Part shown: piece by piece, positions 1 to 9,284 of the stretch | How positions within the stretch are numbered: position 1 is the first letter of the stretch | How the letters are laid out: every line of letters starts with the position of its first letter | Assembly: GCF_018069705.1 (NCBI RefSeq) | Contig: NZ_CP072943.1 | Coordinates: forward strand, 1,011,260-1,043,259 | Length of the DNA: 32,000 nucleotides | Reading direction: 5' to 3' | Source of the DNA: Aminithiophilus ramosus | Lineage (GTDB): Bacteria; Synergistota; Synergistia; Synergistales; Aminithiophilaceae | Position numbers and translations under genes: made by a program | The notes under the pieces: model-generated | What the model saw: the letters and a program-made list of their open reading frames with translations, nothing else | Databases searched by the model: none | Told to the model about the DNA's origin: nothing

Positions 1-302
1 TTGCCGACGGGCAGAGGAGGAAAGGCCTCTTTCCACTCCGTATGCCAGGGACGATTATCGATCCGCCCCATGTCCACGACGGAGACACCGGGCCAGGACT
101 CGAGGACGGCGTTGACCTCCCCAAGCCAGTGGGCCAGGTCTCTGCCGCTGCGGAAAAAGAGCCGAGACCGGACGGACCGGGGCAGATCCTGAATTTCGGC
201 GCCGATGCTCCCGCAGAGCTCGGCAAGGGAGACGAGCATCTCGTCGTCACCCGCCTTCGCCTCCAGAGTGATGTACCACCAGAAACTCTCCGACATGGCC
301 AT
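1..302 (-). CDS. prmA: ribosomal protein L11 methyltransferase PrmA, N-terminal part (3' end lies beyond the window start)
   Basis: Minus-strand ORF running off the window edge, absent from the supplied track. ATG at 302 (alternative 296) is preceded by GGAGGG. Translation MAMSESFWWYITLEAKAGDDEMLVSLAELCGSIGAEIQDL...RPWHTEWKEAFPPLPVG fits the PrmA N-terminal pattern (W.EI..., W..WK..F.P..VG). It lies directly after dnaJ, as in Bacillus-type heat-shock clusters. Confidence 0.7.
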   Translation of the reverse strand, partial: MAMSESFWWYITLEAKAGDDEMLVSLAELCGSIGAEIQDLPRSVRSRLFFRSGRDLAHWLGEVNAVLESWPGVSVVDMGRIDNRPWHTEWKEAFPPLPVG

Positions 303-389
303 GGTCTCCCTCCTTCCGAAGAAAAAGGGAGGCGGTAGTCGCCTCCCTGACTCCTGCCACAGTGTATCACGAACGACGCAACCCTCGAC

Positions 390-1535
390 CTAGGCGCCGA
401 AGAACCCCTTGAGTTTGTCGAGCAGCCCCTGAGACTCCTTGACGGAGACATCCATCTCCCGAGCCAGTCCGGCCAGAAGGGCCTTCTGCTTTTCCGTGAG
501 GTTCGCCGGCACATCGACGACAACGCGGACCAGAAGATCTCCGGCCCGTCCCCCTGCCGAAAGGCGGGGCATTCCCTTGCCCTTGACGCGCAGGGTCGAA
601 CCGGACTGGGTCCCCGGCGGAACATCCAGGCTCTGAAGTCCCTCCAGAGTGGGAACCTGGATCTCGCAGCCCAGAGCCGCCTGCGGAAAGGCGATGTGCA
701 TTTCGACGTGGAGGTTGTCCCCCTCGCGCCGGAAGCGGGGATCGGCCCGGACGGAGACGACGAGAAAGAGATCGCCGGGAGGACCTCCGTTGAGCCCGGC
801 CTCACCCTCGCCGGAGATGCGCAGCCGCGTCCCCCTGTCGACGCCGGGAGGGATCCTCACCTCCACCGTCCGCCTGTCGCGGTAACGGCCGGCACCGCCG
901 CAGCGGGAACAGACCTTTTCGACGATTTTGCCCCGTCCCTGACAGTTGGGGCAGGTGTTGACGGAGACGAATTCGCCGAAGGGCGTCCTCTGGCGCTGCT
1001 CCACCTGCCCCTTGCCTCCGCAGGTCGGACAGGTCCTGGGCGAGCTGCCCGGTTCGGCTCCCGTGCCGCCGCAGCGCTCGCAGCTCTGCCAGCGAGGGAT
1101 CTCGACCTTGCGCGTCACTCCCCGATAGGCCTCTTCCAGGGTAAGGGAGATCTCCATCTCCAGATCGGCTCCCCGCCTGGGGGCGTTGGGGTTCCGGCGA
1201 CCGCCGAAGCCGCCGAAACCGCCGCCGAACATGGTCTCGAAAAGATCGCCGAAGACGTCGCCCACGTCGCCGCCCTCGCCGAAGGGGGAACCGCCGCCGG
1301 TCATGTCTCCGACGGTGCCGAACTGATCGTACTGGACCCGTTTCTGGGGATCGCTCAGAACCTCGTAGGCTTCGGCGACCTCCTTGAACTTCTGTTCCGC
1401 CTCTTTATTGCCGGGGTTGGCATCGGGATGGTATTTGCGCACCAGCCGACGGTAGGCCTTCTTGATATCCTCGACGGAGGCGTCTTTCGGCACGCCGAGA
1501 ATCTCATAGTAGTCGCGACGTCCTCCGGAGGCCAC
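390..1535 (-). CDS. dnaJ: molecular chaperone DnaJ
   Basis: 381-aa ORF with a J-domain (DYYEILGV...KYHPD), a G/F-rich linker and four CxxCxGxG zinc-finger repeats ([32 protein letters not shown]). Confidence 0.97.
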   Translation of the reverse strand: MASGGRRDYYEILGVPKDASVEDIKKAYRRLVRKYHPDANPGNKEAEQKFKEVAEAYEVLSDPQKRVQYDQFGTVGDMTGGGSPFGEGGDVGDVFGDLFETMFGGGFGGFGGRRNPNAPRRGADLEMEISLTLEEAYRGVTRKVEIPRWQSCERCGGTGAEPGSSPRTCPTCGGKGQVEQRQRTPFGEFVSVNTCPNCQGRGKIVEKVCSRCGGAGRYRDRRTVEVRIPPGVDRGTRLRISGEGEAGLNGGPPGDLFLVVSVRADPRFRREGDNLHVEMHIAFPQAALGCEIQVPTLEGLQSLDVPPGTQSGSTLRVKGKGMPRLSAGGRAGDLLVRVVVDVPANLTEKQKALLAGLAREMDVSVKESQGLLDKLKGFFGA

Positions 1536-1547
1536 CTTATCTCACTC

Positions 1548-3371
1548 CTAGGCCCGGGTGGAATCGTTGAACTCGGCGTCGACCGTCGGTCCCTCCGATG
1601 CGGAACCGCCTTCCGGAGAGGCGCCGGGCTGGCCGGCCTGGGCCTGCTGGGCGTACAGGCGCGTCGACAGCTCCTGAAGCGACTGGGTCAGCTTCTCGGC
1701 GGCAGCCTTGATAGCCGCCGTATCTTCGCCCTCCTGAGCCTTGCGGGCCGAGGCGATCTCGCCCTCGATCCGTCCCCGCTCGTCGGCGGAGGCCTTGTCG
1801 CCCAGATCCTTGAGGAGCTTTTCGGCGTTGTAGCTCAGGCTCTCGATCTCGTTGCGGGCCTCGATGAGCTCCTTCTTCTTCCGATCCGTCTCCTCGTTGG
1901 CCTCGGCGTCGCGCTGCATCCGATCGATCTCCTCCTCGGAGAGGCGCGACGACTGGATGGTGATGTGCTGTTCCTTGTTCGTGGCCATATCCTTGGCCGT
2001 CACGTTCAGGATGCCGTTGACGTCGATGTTGAAGGTCACCTCGATCTTGGGAATCCCTCTCGGTGCGGGCGGAATGCCGTCGAGGGAGAAGGAACCCAGC
2101 TTGACGTTGTCGGCGGCCATGGCCCGTTCCCCCTGGAGGACGACGATCTCGACCTGGGGCTGATTGTCGGCGGCCGTCGTGAAGATCTGGCTCTTCGACG
2201 TGGGGATGGCCGTGTTGCGGTCGATGATCTTGGTGAAGACGCCGCCCATCGTCTCCAGCCCCAGGGAGAGGGGCGTCACGTCGACGAGGACGATGTCCTT
2301 GTGCTCGCCCGTCATGATGGCGCCCTGGATGGCCGCGCCGGCGGCGACGCACTCGTCGGGGTTGATCCCCTTCGTGGGCTCCTTGCCGAAGATCTCCTTG
2401 ACCTTGCGCTGGACCATCGGCATCCGCGTCGAGCCGCCGACGAGGAGAATCTTGTCGATCTGGGACGTCGAGAGACCCGAGTCCTCCAAGGCGCGACGGC
2501 AGGGAACGGCGACGCGCTCGATGAGATCGGTCGTCATCTCCTCGAAGCGAGCCCGGGTGAGGGCCATCTCGAGATGTTTGGGGCCGCTCTGGTTGGCCGT
2601 GATGAAGGGGAGAGAGATGGTCGTCTCGGCCATGGAGGAAAGTTCGACCTTGGCCTTCTCGGCCGCCTCGCGGAGACGCTGAAGGGCCATGCGGTCCTTG
2701 CTCAGGTCAATTCCCTCGGCCTTGCGGAACTCCTCCGTGAGCCACTGAACGATCCGCTCGTCCCAGTCGTCGCCTCCCAGAAGGTTGTCGCCGCTCGTGG
2801 AGAGGACCTCGAAGACGCCCTCGCCCACGTCGAGGATGGAGACGTCGAAGGTGCCGCCGCCAAGATCGAAGACGAGGATCTTGTTCTCGCCCTCCTTGTT
2901 GGCGCCGTAGGCCAGGCAGGCCGCCGTAGGTTCGTTGATGATGCGCAGGACCTCGAGACCGGCGATCTGACCGGCATCTTTCGTGGCCTGCCTCTGGGCG
3001 TCGGTGAAATAGGCCGGAACGGTGACGATGGCCTTCGTCACCGTCTCTCCCAGATAGTCCTCGGCGTCCTTTTTCAGCTTCTGAAGGACCATGGCCGAGA
3101 TCTCCTGGGGCGTGTAGGGCTTGCCGTCGATGGAGACACGATGGTCGGTCCCCATCTTGCGCTTGATGGACTGGATCGTCCGATCGGGATTGACGATGGC
3201 CTGACGCTTGGCCAGCTGACCGACGAGACGCTCCCCCTCCTTGGTGAAGGCAACGACGGAGGGCGTCAGACGACTCCCCTCGGCGTTGGCAATGATGGTG
3301 ATATTTTCTCCCTCTTTGACGGCGACGACGCTGTTCGTCGTCCCAAGGTCGATTCCGATAACCTTTGCCAT
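1548..3371 (-). CDS. dnaK: molecular chaperone DnaK (Hsp70)
   Basis: Hsp70 signatures [18 protein letters not shown] and [12 protein letters not shown] at 3371 has AAGAGG about 8 nt upstream. The track ORF starts three codons earlier at GTG 3380. Confidence 0.97.
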   Translation of the reverse strand: MAKVIGIDLGTTNSVVAVKEGENITIIANAEGSRLTPSVVAFTKEGERLVGQLAKRQAIVNPDRTIQSIKRKMGTDHRVSIDGKPYTPQEISAMVLQKLKKDAEDYLGETVTKAIVTVPAYFTDAQRQATKDAGQIAGLEVLRIINEPTAACLAYGANKEGENKILVFDLGGGTFDVSILDVGEGVFEVLSTSGDNLLGGDDWDERIVQWLTEEFRKAEGIDLSKDRMALQRLREAAEKAKVELSSMAETTISLPFITANQSGPKHLEMALTRARFEEMTTDLIERVAVPCRRALEDSGLSTSQIDKILLVGGSTRMPMVQRKVKEIFGKEPTKGINPDECVAAGAAIQGAIMTGEHKDIVLVDVTPLSLGLETMGGVFTKIIDRNTAIPTSKSQIFTTAADNQPQVEIVVLQGERAMAADNVKLGSFSLDGIPPAPRGIPKIEVTFNIDVNGILNVTAKDMATNKEQHITIQSSRLSEEEIDRMQRDAEANEETDRKKKELIEARNEIESLSYNAEKLLKDLGDKASADERGRIEGEIASARKAQEGEDTAAIKAAAEKLTQSLQELSTRLYAQQAQAGQPGASPEGGSASEGPTVDAEFNDSTRA

Positions 3372-3404
3372 AAAAGTCACCTCTTCAGTTTCGTATCGTT
3401 CGGA

Positions 3405-3989
3405 TTAGCTCTTTCGACCCACCTGGACCTGAGCGGGCCTGATGACGCGCTCCTCCAGGCAGTAACCCTTTTGAATCTCGCAGACCACGCAATCCTCTCC
3501 GCCCTCATCAGCCGGGCAGAGGGCCACGGCCTCGTGACGGGCCGGATCGAAGGGCAGGCCGACCGTCTCGATGGGAACGACGCCGATGTCGGCAAGAACC
3601 TGCAGGAACTGGCGCTGAACCATGGAGACGCCGCTGCGAAGATCCCTGGCCGAAACGTCCTCGCCCGCAGCGAGGGCCCTGTCGAGATTGTCCATCACGG
3701 GAAGAAGGCGGACAACCAGATCTTCGAGGGCCATCTGGCGCATACGGACCCTGTCCCGCTCCATCCGTTGGCGGTAGTTGAACAAATCCGCCTTGGCCCG
3801 GGCCGCCTCGGCCTTGAGATCCCCTGCAAGGGTCTCGAGCTCCCTGACGCGTTCTCTCAAATCGACGCCATCTCCCATCTCCTCGACGGGAGGGACTTCC
3901 TCGGGGGAGACCGTCACCTCAGCAACCGGTTCCACCGGGGAGAGCTCCTCGTCGGGAGCCGTCTTCTCCTCTTTTTCCGTCATCGACAT
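3405..3989 (-). CDS. grpE: nucleotide exchange factor GrpE
   Basis: 194-aa ORF with an acidic N-terminus, a coiled-coil segment (LKAEAARAKADLFNYRQRMERDR) and a GrpE C-terminal domain. AAGGAG lies 6 nt before ATG 3989. It sits between hrcA and dnaK. Confidence 0.93.
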   Translation of the reverse strand: MSMTEKEEKTAPDEELSPVEPVAEVTVSPEEVPPVEEMGDGVDLRERVRELETLAGDLKAEAARAKADLFNYRQRMERDRVRMRQMALEDLVVRLLPVMDNLDRALAAGEDVSARDLRSGVSMVQRQFLQVLADIGVVPIETVGLPFDPARHEAVALCPADEGGEDCVVCEIQKGYCLEERVIRPAQVQVGRKS

Positions 3990-4004
3990 TCACACTCCTT
4001 GTTT

Positions 4005-5027
4005 CTAGCGGTCGTCATCCCGCGTTCCCGTCAGGTGGGGCAGAAGGCCTTCGAGAAGGACGATGGCCCCTTCGTAATCCATGCGCTGAGGACCGATGAG
4101 GCCGACGACCATCCGTTTACCCTCGAACTGCCCCGAGCTGAGAACGAGAGAACAGCTCTGCATCTCCTCGAGAGGATTCTCCTCGCCGATGAGGACGGAA
4201 AGACCCTCTTCGAGGGAGACGCTTCGAACGAGCCTCTCCAGCGAGGACTCCTCCTCGAGAAGGGCCATCAGGGCCTGAAGCTTGCCGATATCCTGAAAAT
4301 CGGGAAGGCCCAGGATATGATGGGCTCCTCCCGTGAAGACCTTCATGGAGCGGCTCGTCAGCATGGCATCGATGGCCTCGAGGGCCGAAAAGCAGCTCTG
4401 CGAAAGGTGATCGAGCGTCCCGGCCAGATAGGCGCTCAGATTCTGGCGCACCTCGCTCCAGGCCTTGCCCGAGGCCAGCAGGTTGAGACGGAGGGAAAGC
4501 TCGTCCAGCTCGGAGGGCTTCACTTCGAAGGCGAACTCGATCATCCGGTGATGAACGAGCCCCCCCTGAAGAACCGTCAGCACCAGGGCATGGCGGCTGT
4601 CGACGGGAAGGAAGTCGATGCGGTGCACGAGGACCTCCTCCAGAAGCTCCACGCCGGCGAGACCGACGCTCCGCGTCAACCGGGAGAGGAGATGGGAGAT
4701 CATGGCCAAGGCCGCCTCGACATCCTGTCTTTTGGCCCTGAGATCTCTCAGAAAGGGCGCCAGCGTCGACGAAGGCTCTCGTCTGCGCTGCAGAATGGCA
4801 TCGACGTACAGGCGGTAGGCCTTGGCCGTGGGAATGCGACCGGCCGACGTGTGAGGCTGGTTGAGGTAGCCCATCTCGCTCAGCTCGGACATTTCGTTGC
4901 GGATCGTCGCCGCACTCTTTCCCGTCAGGTAACGCCGTGATATGGTCCGAGAGCCGACGGGCTCGCCTGTCGTGATGTAGTCGTAGACTACGGACAGCAC
5001 CACCTCCAACTGCCTCTCTGTCAGCAC
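4005..5027 (-). CDS. hrcA: heat-inducible transcription repressor HrcA
   Basis: 340-aa ORF. The N-terminal winged-helix region (GEPVGSRTISRRY...SAATIRNEMSELSEMGYLNQPHTSAGRIPT.KAYRLYVD) is characteristic of HrcA. GTG start; a CIRCE element lies just upstream. Confidence 0.95.
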   Translation of the reverse strand: MLTERQLEVVLSVVYDYITTGEPVGSRTISRRYLTGKSAATIRNEMSELSEMGYLNQPHTSAGRIPTAKAYRLYVDAILQRRREPSSTLAPFLRDLRAKRQDVEAALAMISHLLSRLTRSVGLAGVELLEEVLVHRIDFLPVDSRHALVLTVLQGGLVHHRMIEFAFEVKPSELDELSLRLNLLASGKAWSEVRQNLSAYLAGTLDHLSQSCFSALEAIDAMLTSRSMKVFTGGAHHILGLPDFQDIGKLQALMALLEEESSLERLVRSVSLEEGLSVLIGEENPLEEMQSCSLVLSSGQFEGKRMVVGLIGPQRMDYEGAIVLLEGLLPHLTGTRDDDR

Positions 5028-5046
5028 AGGTCACACCCCCCCTCTT

Positions 5047-5074
5047 GGTAGCACTCTCGCTCGACGAGTGCCAG
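5047..5074 (-). promoter_or_regulatory. CIRCE operator (HrcA binding site), slightly degenerate
   Basis: GGTAGCACTC-N9-GAGTGCCAG compared with the consensus TTAGCACTC-N9-GAGTGCTAA. It lies between the candidate promoter and the hrcA start codon. Confidence 0.85.
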
Positions 5075-5096
5075 TTCGGACGCTTTCGCTTTCAGT

Positions 5097-5125
5097 ACCT
5101 TATCAACCCCCGCGCCCATTGTCAA
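5097..5125 (-). promoter_or_regulatory. candidate sigma-70-type promoter of the hrcA operon
   Basis: On the minus strand, TTGACA (5125-5120), a 17-nt spacer, then TAAGGT (5102-5097), immediately upstream of CIRCE. Confidence 0.55.
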
Positions 5126-5210
5126 GACAGGTCAAAAAATCCGGGCCCTTCCTTTGTCTATAATGACAGGACAATGGGAAGATGCCGTTCAGATCGGAAG
5201 GGAGAACTCC

Positions 5211-5861
5211 ATGCGACAGAGAGAGGAAACGAAAACGACGATCATCCTCGCCCGCCACGGCGAAAGCGAGGGAAACGAAAGGGCTCTTTTTCGAGGACGA
5301 AGGGATTTTCCCCTCACCGAGAGGGGAGTCAGCCAAGCCCGTGCCCTGGCCCAGGCCCTGATCCCCCTCTCGGTGACGCGCGTCTTCACCAGCCCGCTCT
5401 CCCGGGCCCTCGCGACGGCCCAGTCCATCGCGGAAGCCGTCGCGGCTCCGCTGGAGACCATCCAGGGCTTCACCAACATGGCCCTCGGCCCCTGGGAGGG
5501 GCATTCCAAGGAAGAGGTGGCCCAAAACTACGCCGAAGAGTGGGAACTCTGGCTCAGAAACCCCGAAAGGCTCCGCCTTCCCGGCGCCGAGACTCTCGAT
5601 CAGGTCCAGAGCCGGGCCTACTCCAATCTCCAGCACCTCATCAACCGTCACAGAGGCGAGACGCTCGTCATCGTCAGCCACCGCACCGTCCTTAAACCTC
5701 TCGTCGCCGCCTGTCTGGCCATCGCCGAGCCCTATTTCTGGCGACTCCATTTCGACACGGCCTCCTGCTCTCGGCTCCTCTTCGAAGGGAAACGGGGCTT
5801 CACCCTCGTCTCCCTCAACGAGACGCACCATCTCGACACCTTCACCTCCGAATGGGTTTGA
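5211..5861 (+). CDS. histidine phosphatase family protein (phosphoglycerate-mutase-like)
   Basis: RHG catalytic motif (IILARHGESEGN) and the overall family pattern. ATG 5211 is preceded by GGAAGGGAG. The track ORF starts earlier at 5154. A perfect TATAAT lies at 5159-5164. Confidence 0.8.
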   Translation: MRQREETKTTIILARHGESEGNERALFRGRRDFPLTERGVSQARALAQALIPLSVTRVFTSPLSRALATAQSIAEAVAAPLETIQGFTNMALGPWEGHSKEEVAQNYAEEWELWLRNPERLRLPGAETLDQVQSRAYSNLQHLINRHRGETLVIVSHRTVLKPLVAACLAIAEPYFWRLHFDTASCSRLLFEGKRGFTLVSLNETHHLDTFTSEWV

Positions 5862-5930
5862 TATATACCCCTCAAGGGTATATACTGGACGGGATGTGAT
5901 ATTCCGCAAAAAGAGAACGGGAAAGGATGT

Positions 5931-7376
5931 GTGGATCGGATGGCTCCTACCCTGAAGAAAAAGGTCCTTATCGTCGGCGGCGGTCCCGGAGGGCGGGTCT
6001 CCTATATGGTTCTGAGGAACATGGGCTTCGACGACGCCGCCATCGTCGTCAACGAGGAACCCACGATCATCTGCAGCCTCCCCTACGCCGTGGGACGGAA
6101 GCTCGTCCCCGAAGGTCCGGAACAGGTCGTCGTCGACATGGCCCGGGCGGACAGGCTGCCTCCGGACATGATGAAGGATGTCCTCTTCGGCGAAGCGGTC
6201 CGACTCGATCTGGAGAACCATTCAGCCCTCATCGAGGGCGGAGAGGAACCTCTCGAGGTCACCTTCGAGAAACTGATCCTCGCCCCAGGGGCGGTCCCCT
6301 GGATTCCTCCCGTCCCGGGCGTTCTCGGCGAGGGATCCGCCGACGGCGGGACCTGGGTCTGGTACGGAAGAGAGCTGATCCGCCGCGATCGCCTGGCCCC
6401 CAACGTCTACAGCCTTCGCGGCGCCGCCGACGCCCGCGCTCTCGACGCCTTCGCCGAGAAGGCGAAAAGGGCCGTCGTCGTCGGCACGGGCGCCATCGGC
6501 CTCGAGCTCGTCGAGGCCCTCGTGGATCGAGGGCTGACGGTGACGGTCCTCGAGGCTCTTCCCCACGTGACGTCGGCCCTGGACGGAGAAATGGCCGCCC
6601 ATCTTGAGGAACGTCTCGTCTCGCGCGGTGTCACCGTCGCTACGGGAGCCCTTCTGGCCGAGGTGACGCCGCGCGGCGTCGTCCTCGGAGACGGCACGAC
6701 GATCGAGGCCGACGGCGTCCTCTTCGCCACGGGAGTCAGGCCCAACGCCGAACTGGCCCGGGCAGCGGGCCTCGTCGTCGGGCGGGGCATCGTCGTCGAC
6801 GAGGCCATGAGGACCTCTCACCCCGACGTTTTCGCCGTCGGAGACGGCGCCGAAATCATCGACGGTCCCACGGGAAAGGCCGTTCTCCCCCTCATCGGGA
6901 CTCTGGCCATGCGTCAGGCCCTCGTCGCCGTCTCCCAGATCCTGGGGCGGCCCATGACCCTTCCGCCGGCCACGCCCTGGGGCGTCAGCGAAACCCTGGG
7001 ACTCCACTGGGCCAGCGTCGGCTGGACGGAGGAGGCCGCCTCGGGGATCGGCCTTCCCGTCGTGGGCCTGACCCTTCCCTACAACACCCGCGAACCCTAC
7101 ATGGCCCTCAACAGGAAGGGATTCTGGAAGCTCGTCGTGGCCAGAGGAGACGAGGCCAAGGGCATCACTCCGGGACAGATCGTCGGCTTTCAGGCCATCA
7201 TGGAGGACAAATCGCCCCTCTTCCTGGCCGAGCGTTTCCTCGACATCGTCACCCGCCGGGAGACGGTCATGGACCTCCTGAATCACTACTTCATTCACTC
7301 CCCGGCCCACAACGACGTCAACGACCCGTACCTGCAGCTGGTCTTCATGGCCCAGCGGATGTTCCAGAACCCCTGA
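5931..7376 (+). CDS. FAD-dependent pyridine nucleotide-disulfide oxidoreductase (NADH oxidase / CoA-disulfide reductase family)
   Basis: VLIVGGGPGG and VVVGTGAIGLE dinucleotide folds, and FAVGD. The Cys in TIICSLPY is placed like the redox-active Cys of Nox/CoADR enzymes. Start is GTG 5931 or ATG 5940. Confidence 0.8.
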   Translation: MDRMAPTLKKKVLIVGGGPGGRVSYMVLRNMGFDDAAIVVNEEPTIICSLPYAVGRKLVPEGPEQVVVDMARADRLPPDMMKDVLFGEAVRLDLENHSALIEGGEEPLEVTFEKLILAPGAVPWIPPVPGVLGEGSADGGTWVWYGRELIRRDRLAPNVYSLRGAADARALDAFAEKAKRAVVVGTGAIGLELVEALVDRGLTVTVLEALPHVTSALDGEMAAHLEERLVSRGVTVATGALLAEVTPRGVVLGDGTTIEADGVLFATGVRPNAELARAAGLVVGRGIVVDEAMRTSHPDVFAVGDGAEIIDGPTGKAVLPLIGTLAMRQALVAVSQILGRPMTLPPATPWGVSETLGLHWASVGWTEEAASGIGLPVVGLTLPYNTREPYMALNRKGFWKLVVARGDEAKGITPGQIVGFQAIMEDKSPLFLAERFLDIVTRRETVMDLLNHYFIHSPAHNDVNDPYLQLVFMAQRMFQNP

Positions 7377-7395
7377 GCCATCGGAACGACCGCCC

Positions 7396-7435
7396 TTGAC
7401 CCCCGCCGTCAGCCGGTTCTATGATGGCGGGGGTC
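7396..7435 (+). promoter_or_regulatory. candidate promoter TTGACC-N18-TATGAT embedded in a 10-bp perfect inverted repeat
   Basis: TTGACC at 7396-7401 and TATGAT at 7420-7425. GACCCCCGCC (7398-7407) pairs with GGCGGGGGTC (7426-7435), so the same sequence could terminate the upstream oxidoreductase gene. Confidence 0.4.
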
Positions 7436-7463
7436 TTCATGTTCCCGAAGGGAGGTCGCCTCT

Positions 7464-8228
7464 TTGTTTCTGTGCCCTTTGTCTCCGCCGGGAAGGGGCT
7501 TTTCCCTTCTCCTTTTCGCCCTTCTCTTTTCCGTCCTTTCCGAAGGCACTCCCGCCCAGGGCGGGACGAATCTTCATATCCTTTCGGCGCCGGGACACCC
7601 CCTTTCGATCCTCCTCGACGAACGCGACGGCCTGATCCGTTCGGCCTATCTCCGCAGCCCGGCAGGGACGGAACCTCTCGACTCGCTCAAGGGGCATCGA
7701 TTGGTCCGGGACCACCGCAGCACACCCTATATCGACGCCGACTGGAAGCCCGACCTCCTCTGGCAACTCTCCTTCGCCCAGGACGACGCCAAAAGGGGTG
7801 TCGACCTCTGGATCGCCTATCTGTCGGGCCGCCCCCGTCTCTGGGTCGCCGAGAGTCCGACGGCGGCCACTCTTTGGGATGCGCTCTCCCTCAACGTCGA
7901 CATTCCCGAGGGAACGGCCCTTTACGTCTCTCCGGCCCTGCCACGCTACAGCGACGAGGAGCCGACCCGGGAGGGACGAACGCTCTCCTTCATCTACACC
8001 GTCGGCCTCACTCCCGACGGACCGGGTTTCACCATCGTCCCCGCCATCTACCGCCAGCTCCAGGAGATCACCCTTCTCGTTGCCCAGGCCGAGGGAGACG
8101 AGGTCCTTCGCCGGGGCTACGACAGCCTGGCCAAGGATTTCGGGACCATGTCCAAGGGGCAGCATCCCTCGGCGGAAGCGCTATCCAGCTTCACCTGGAA
8201 GAAGCTTCTCTACCGAGAATGGCCATGA
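7464..8228 (+). CDS. hypothetical secreted protein (N-terminal signal peptide)
   Basis: 254-aa ORF with a TTG start 8 nt after GAAGGGAGG. It has a hydrophobic N-terminus (LLLFALLFSVLSEGTPAQG), protein-like composition and high third-position GC. The opposite-strand ORF is G/R/D/E-rich, typical of an antisense shadow. No family recognised. Confidence 0.6.
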   Translation: MFLCPLSPPGRGFSLLLFALLFSVLSEGTPAQGGTNLHILSAPGHPLSILLDERDGLIRSAYLRSPAGTEPLDSLKGHRLVRDHRSTPYIDADWKPDLLWQLSFAQDDAKRGVDLWIAYLSGRPRLWVAESPTAATLWDALSLNVDIPEGTALYVSPALPRYSDEEPTREGRTLSFIYTVGLTPDGPGFTIVPAIYRQLQEITLLVAQAEGDEVLRRGYDSLAKDFGTMSKGQHPSAEALSSFTWKKLLYREWP

Positions 8229-8280
8229 TCGCGAGAAGAATGGGGGGATCCCGACGGGATCCCCCCATTCTTCTCGCGAT
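8228..8280. terminator. bidirectional hairpin between convergent genes (25-bp perfect stem, 3-nt loop)
   Basis: ATCGCGAGAAGAATGGGGGGATCCC (8228-8252) is the exact reverse complement of 8256-8280. It begins within the stop codon of the 7464-8228 gene and ends 6 nt before the stop of the 8286 gene. Confidence 0.7.
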
Positions 8281-8285
8281 CGGCC

Positions 8286-8627
8286 TCAGGGGACCCTGTA
8301 GGTCACCTCGCGAGAGCCGAAAATGTTACAGTGTGCCCTGACGGCGATGACCGTCCCCGGAGCTAAAGCCCCCAGCGGAAAGGCAACGACGAGTCCTTTG
8401 GGACTGAGCTGGGAGGCGAAGACCTTTTCGGCGACGAGCTTGGAGTCGAGACGGACCTCCACCTTGTCGATGAAATGCTTCGATCCGTTGTCGACGCCGT
8501 GAATGACGCGGACCTCGAGCTTTTTCTCCCCGTCGTAGTTGAGGCGGATCTCGCTGGGGGGATGGGCCGACGCGACAGAGCCAAGGGACAGCAGGAGAAG
8601 AAGAGCCGCGGTGATCGTGAACCTCAT
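8286..8627 (-). CDS. small exported protein with a desulfoferrodoxin/superoxide-reductase-like sequence pattern
   Basis: ATG 8627 lies 8 nt after GAAGGAGG. Signal peptide MRFTITAALLLLLSLGSVASA. The mature part, HPPSEI...LEVRVIHGVDNGSKHFIDKVEVRL...AVRAHCNIFGSRE, parallels SOR center-II spacing (KHVPVI...HP....HyI.wIEL...yCN.HGlW). Confidence 0.6.
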   Translation of the reverse strand: MRFTITAALLLLLSLGSVASAHPPSEIRLNYDGEKKLEVRVIHGVDNGSKHFIDKVEVRLDSKLVAEKVFASQLSPKGLVVAFPLGALAPGTVIAVRAHCNIFGSREVTYRVP

Positions 8628-8680
8628 GGACATCCCCTCCTTCAATGGACGATAACCTCCCGGCGAGCGTCGCGTCGACA

Positions 8681-9262
8681 CTACTTTCCCGTGGCGTTGA
8701 TGCCCCGATTGCGGCCGTCATCGATGCAGGTCGTTCCCGTCTCGGTCTTCATGCAGTGCTGGACCTCGACGTCACCGCTGACCTCCGTGCCCGTGTACTC
8801 CCTGACGAAGGCGACGATCTCCTCGATGTCGGGAAGTTGCCTGATGGGGTAGACCTTGACGAAGACGACGACGCCTTCGCCGTTAACGATGACGTTGGCC
8901 CTTTCGGAGATGCCGTGAGAATCGCGAAAGAGCCCCAGAGACTGGGCGACGGCGCCGTGGGGCCAGAAGTCGGAGAGGATCTGAAGGCTCTCGAGACCGA
9001 TGGCCTCGGCCCAGGCCGTCTTGCAGGGCAGGGAGTCGACACTGAAGCCCAGGGGAACGGTGTTCATCGACACGAAAAGATCGAAGTTGAGGTCGAGCTC
9101 CTTCATCTGGTCGCGGCAGACCGGCGTCCAGGCCAGGGGGTGAAAGGAGAGGATGACGTTCCTCCCCTTCAGGGAGGCGAGGGAGACCTCGTTGCCGTGC
9201 TGATTCTTGAGGGTGAAATCGGGGACGAAGCTCCCCACTTCGATGGGCTTTCTTTCGGACAT
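8681..9262 (-). CDS. AhpE/Bcp-like peroxiredoxin with a ~40-aa Cys-containing C-terminal extension
   Basis: ATG 9262 lies 8 nt after AAGGAGG (the track ORF starts upstream at 9361). Peroxidatic motif FHPLAWTPVC and LSDFWPHGAV as in AhpE-type Prx. The extra tail is ...EVQHCMKTETGTTCIDDGRNRGINATGK. Confidence 0.85.
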   Translation of the reverse strand: MSERKPIEVGSFVPDFTLKNQHGNEVSLASLKGRNVILSFHPLAWTPVCRDQMKELDLNFDLFVSMNTVPLGFSVDSLPCKTAWAEAIGLESLQILSDFWPHGAVAQSLGLFRDSHGISERANVIVNGEGVVVFVKVYPIRQLPDIEEIVAFVREYTGTEVSGDVEVQHCMKTETGTTCIDDGRNRGINATGK

Positions 9263-9284
9263 GATCGTTGCCTCCTTCGGCACT

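Noticed and set aside
696-4940. 1414-aa plus-strand ORF spanning the whole heat-shock operon
   Set aside because: It lies antisense to four unambiguous genes (dnaJ, dnaK, grpE, hrcA). Its G/A/R/D/L-rich low-complexity translation is typical of shadow ORFs in high-GC DNA, and it has no recognisable domain.
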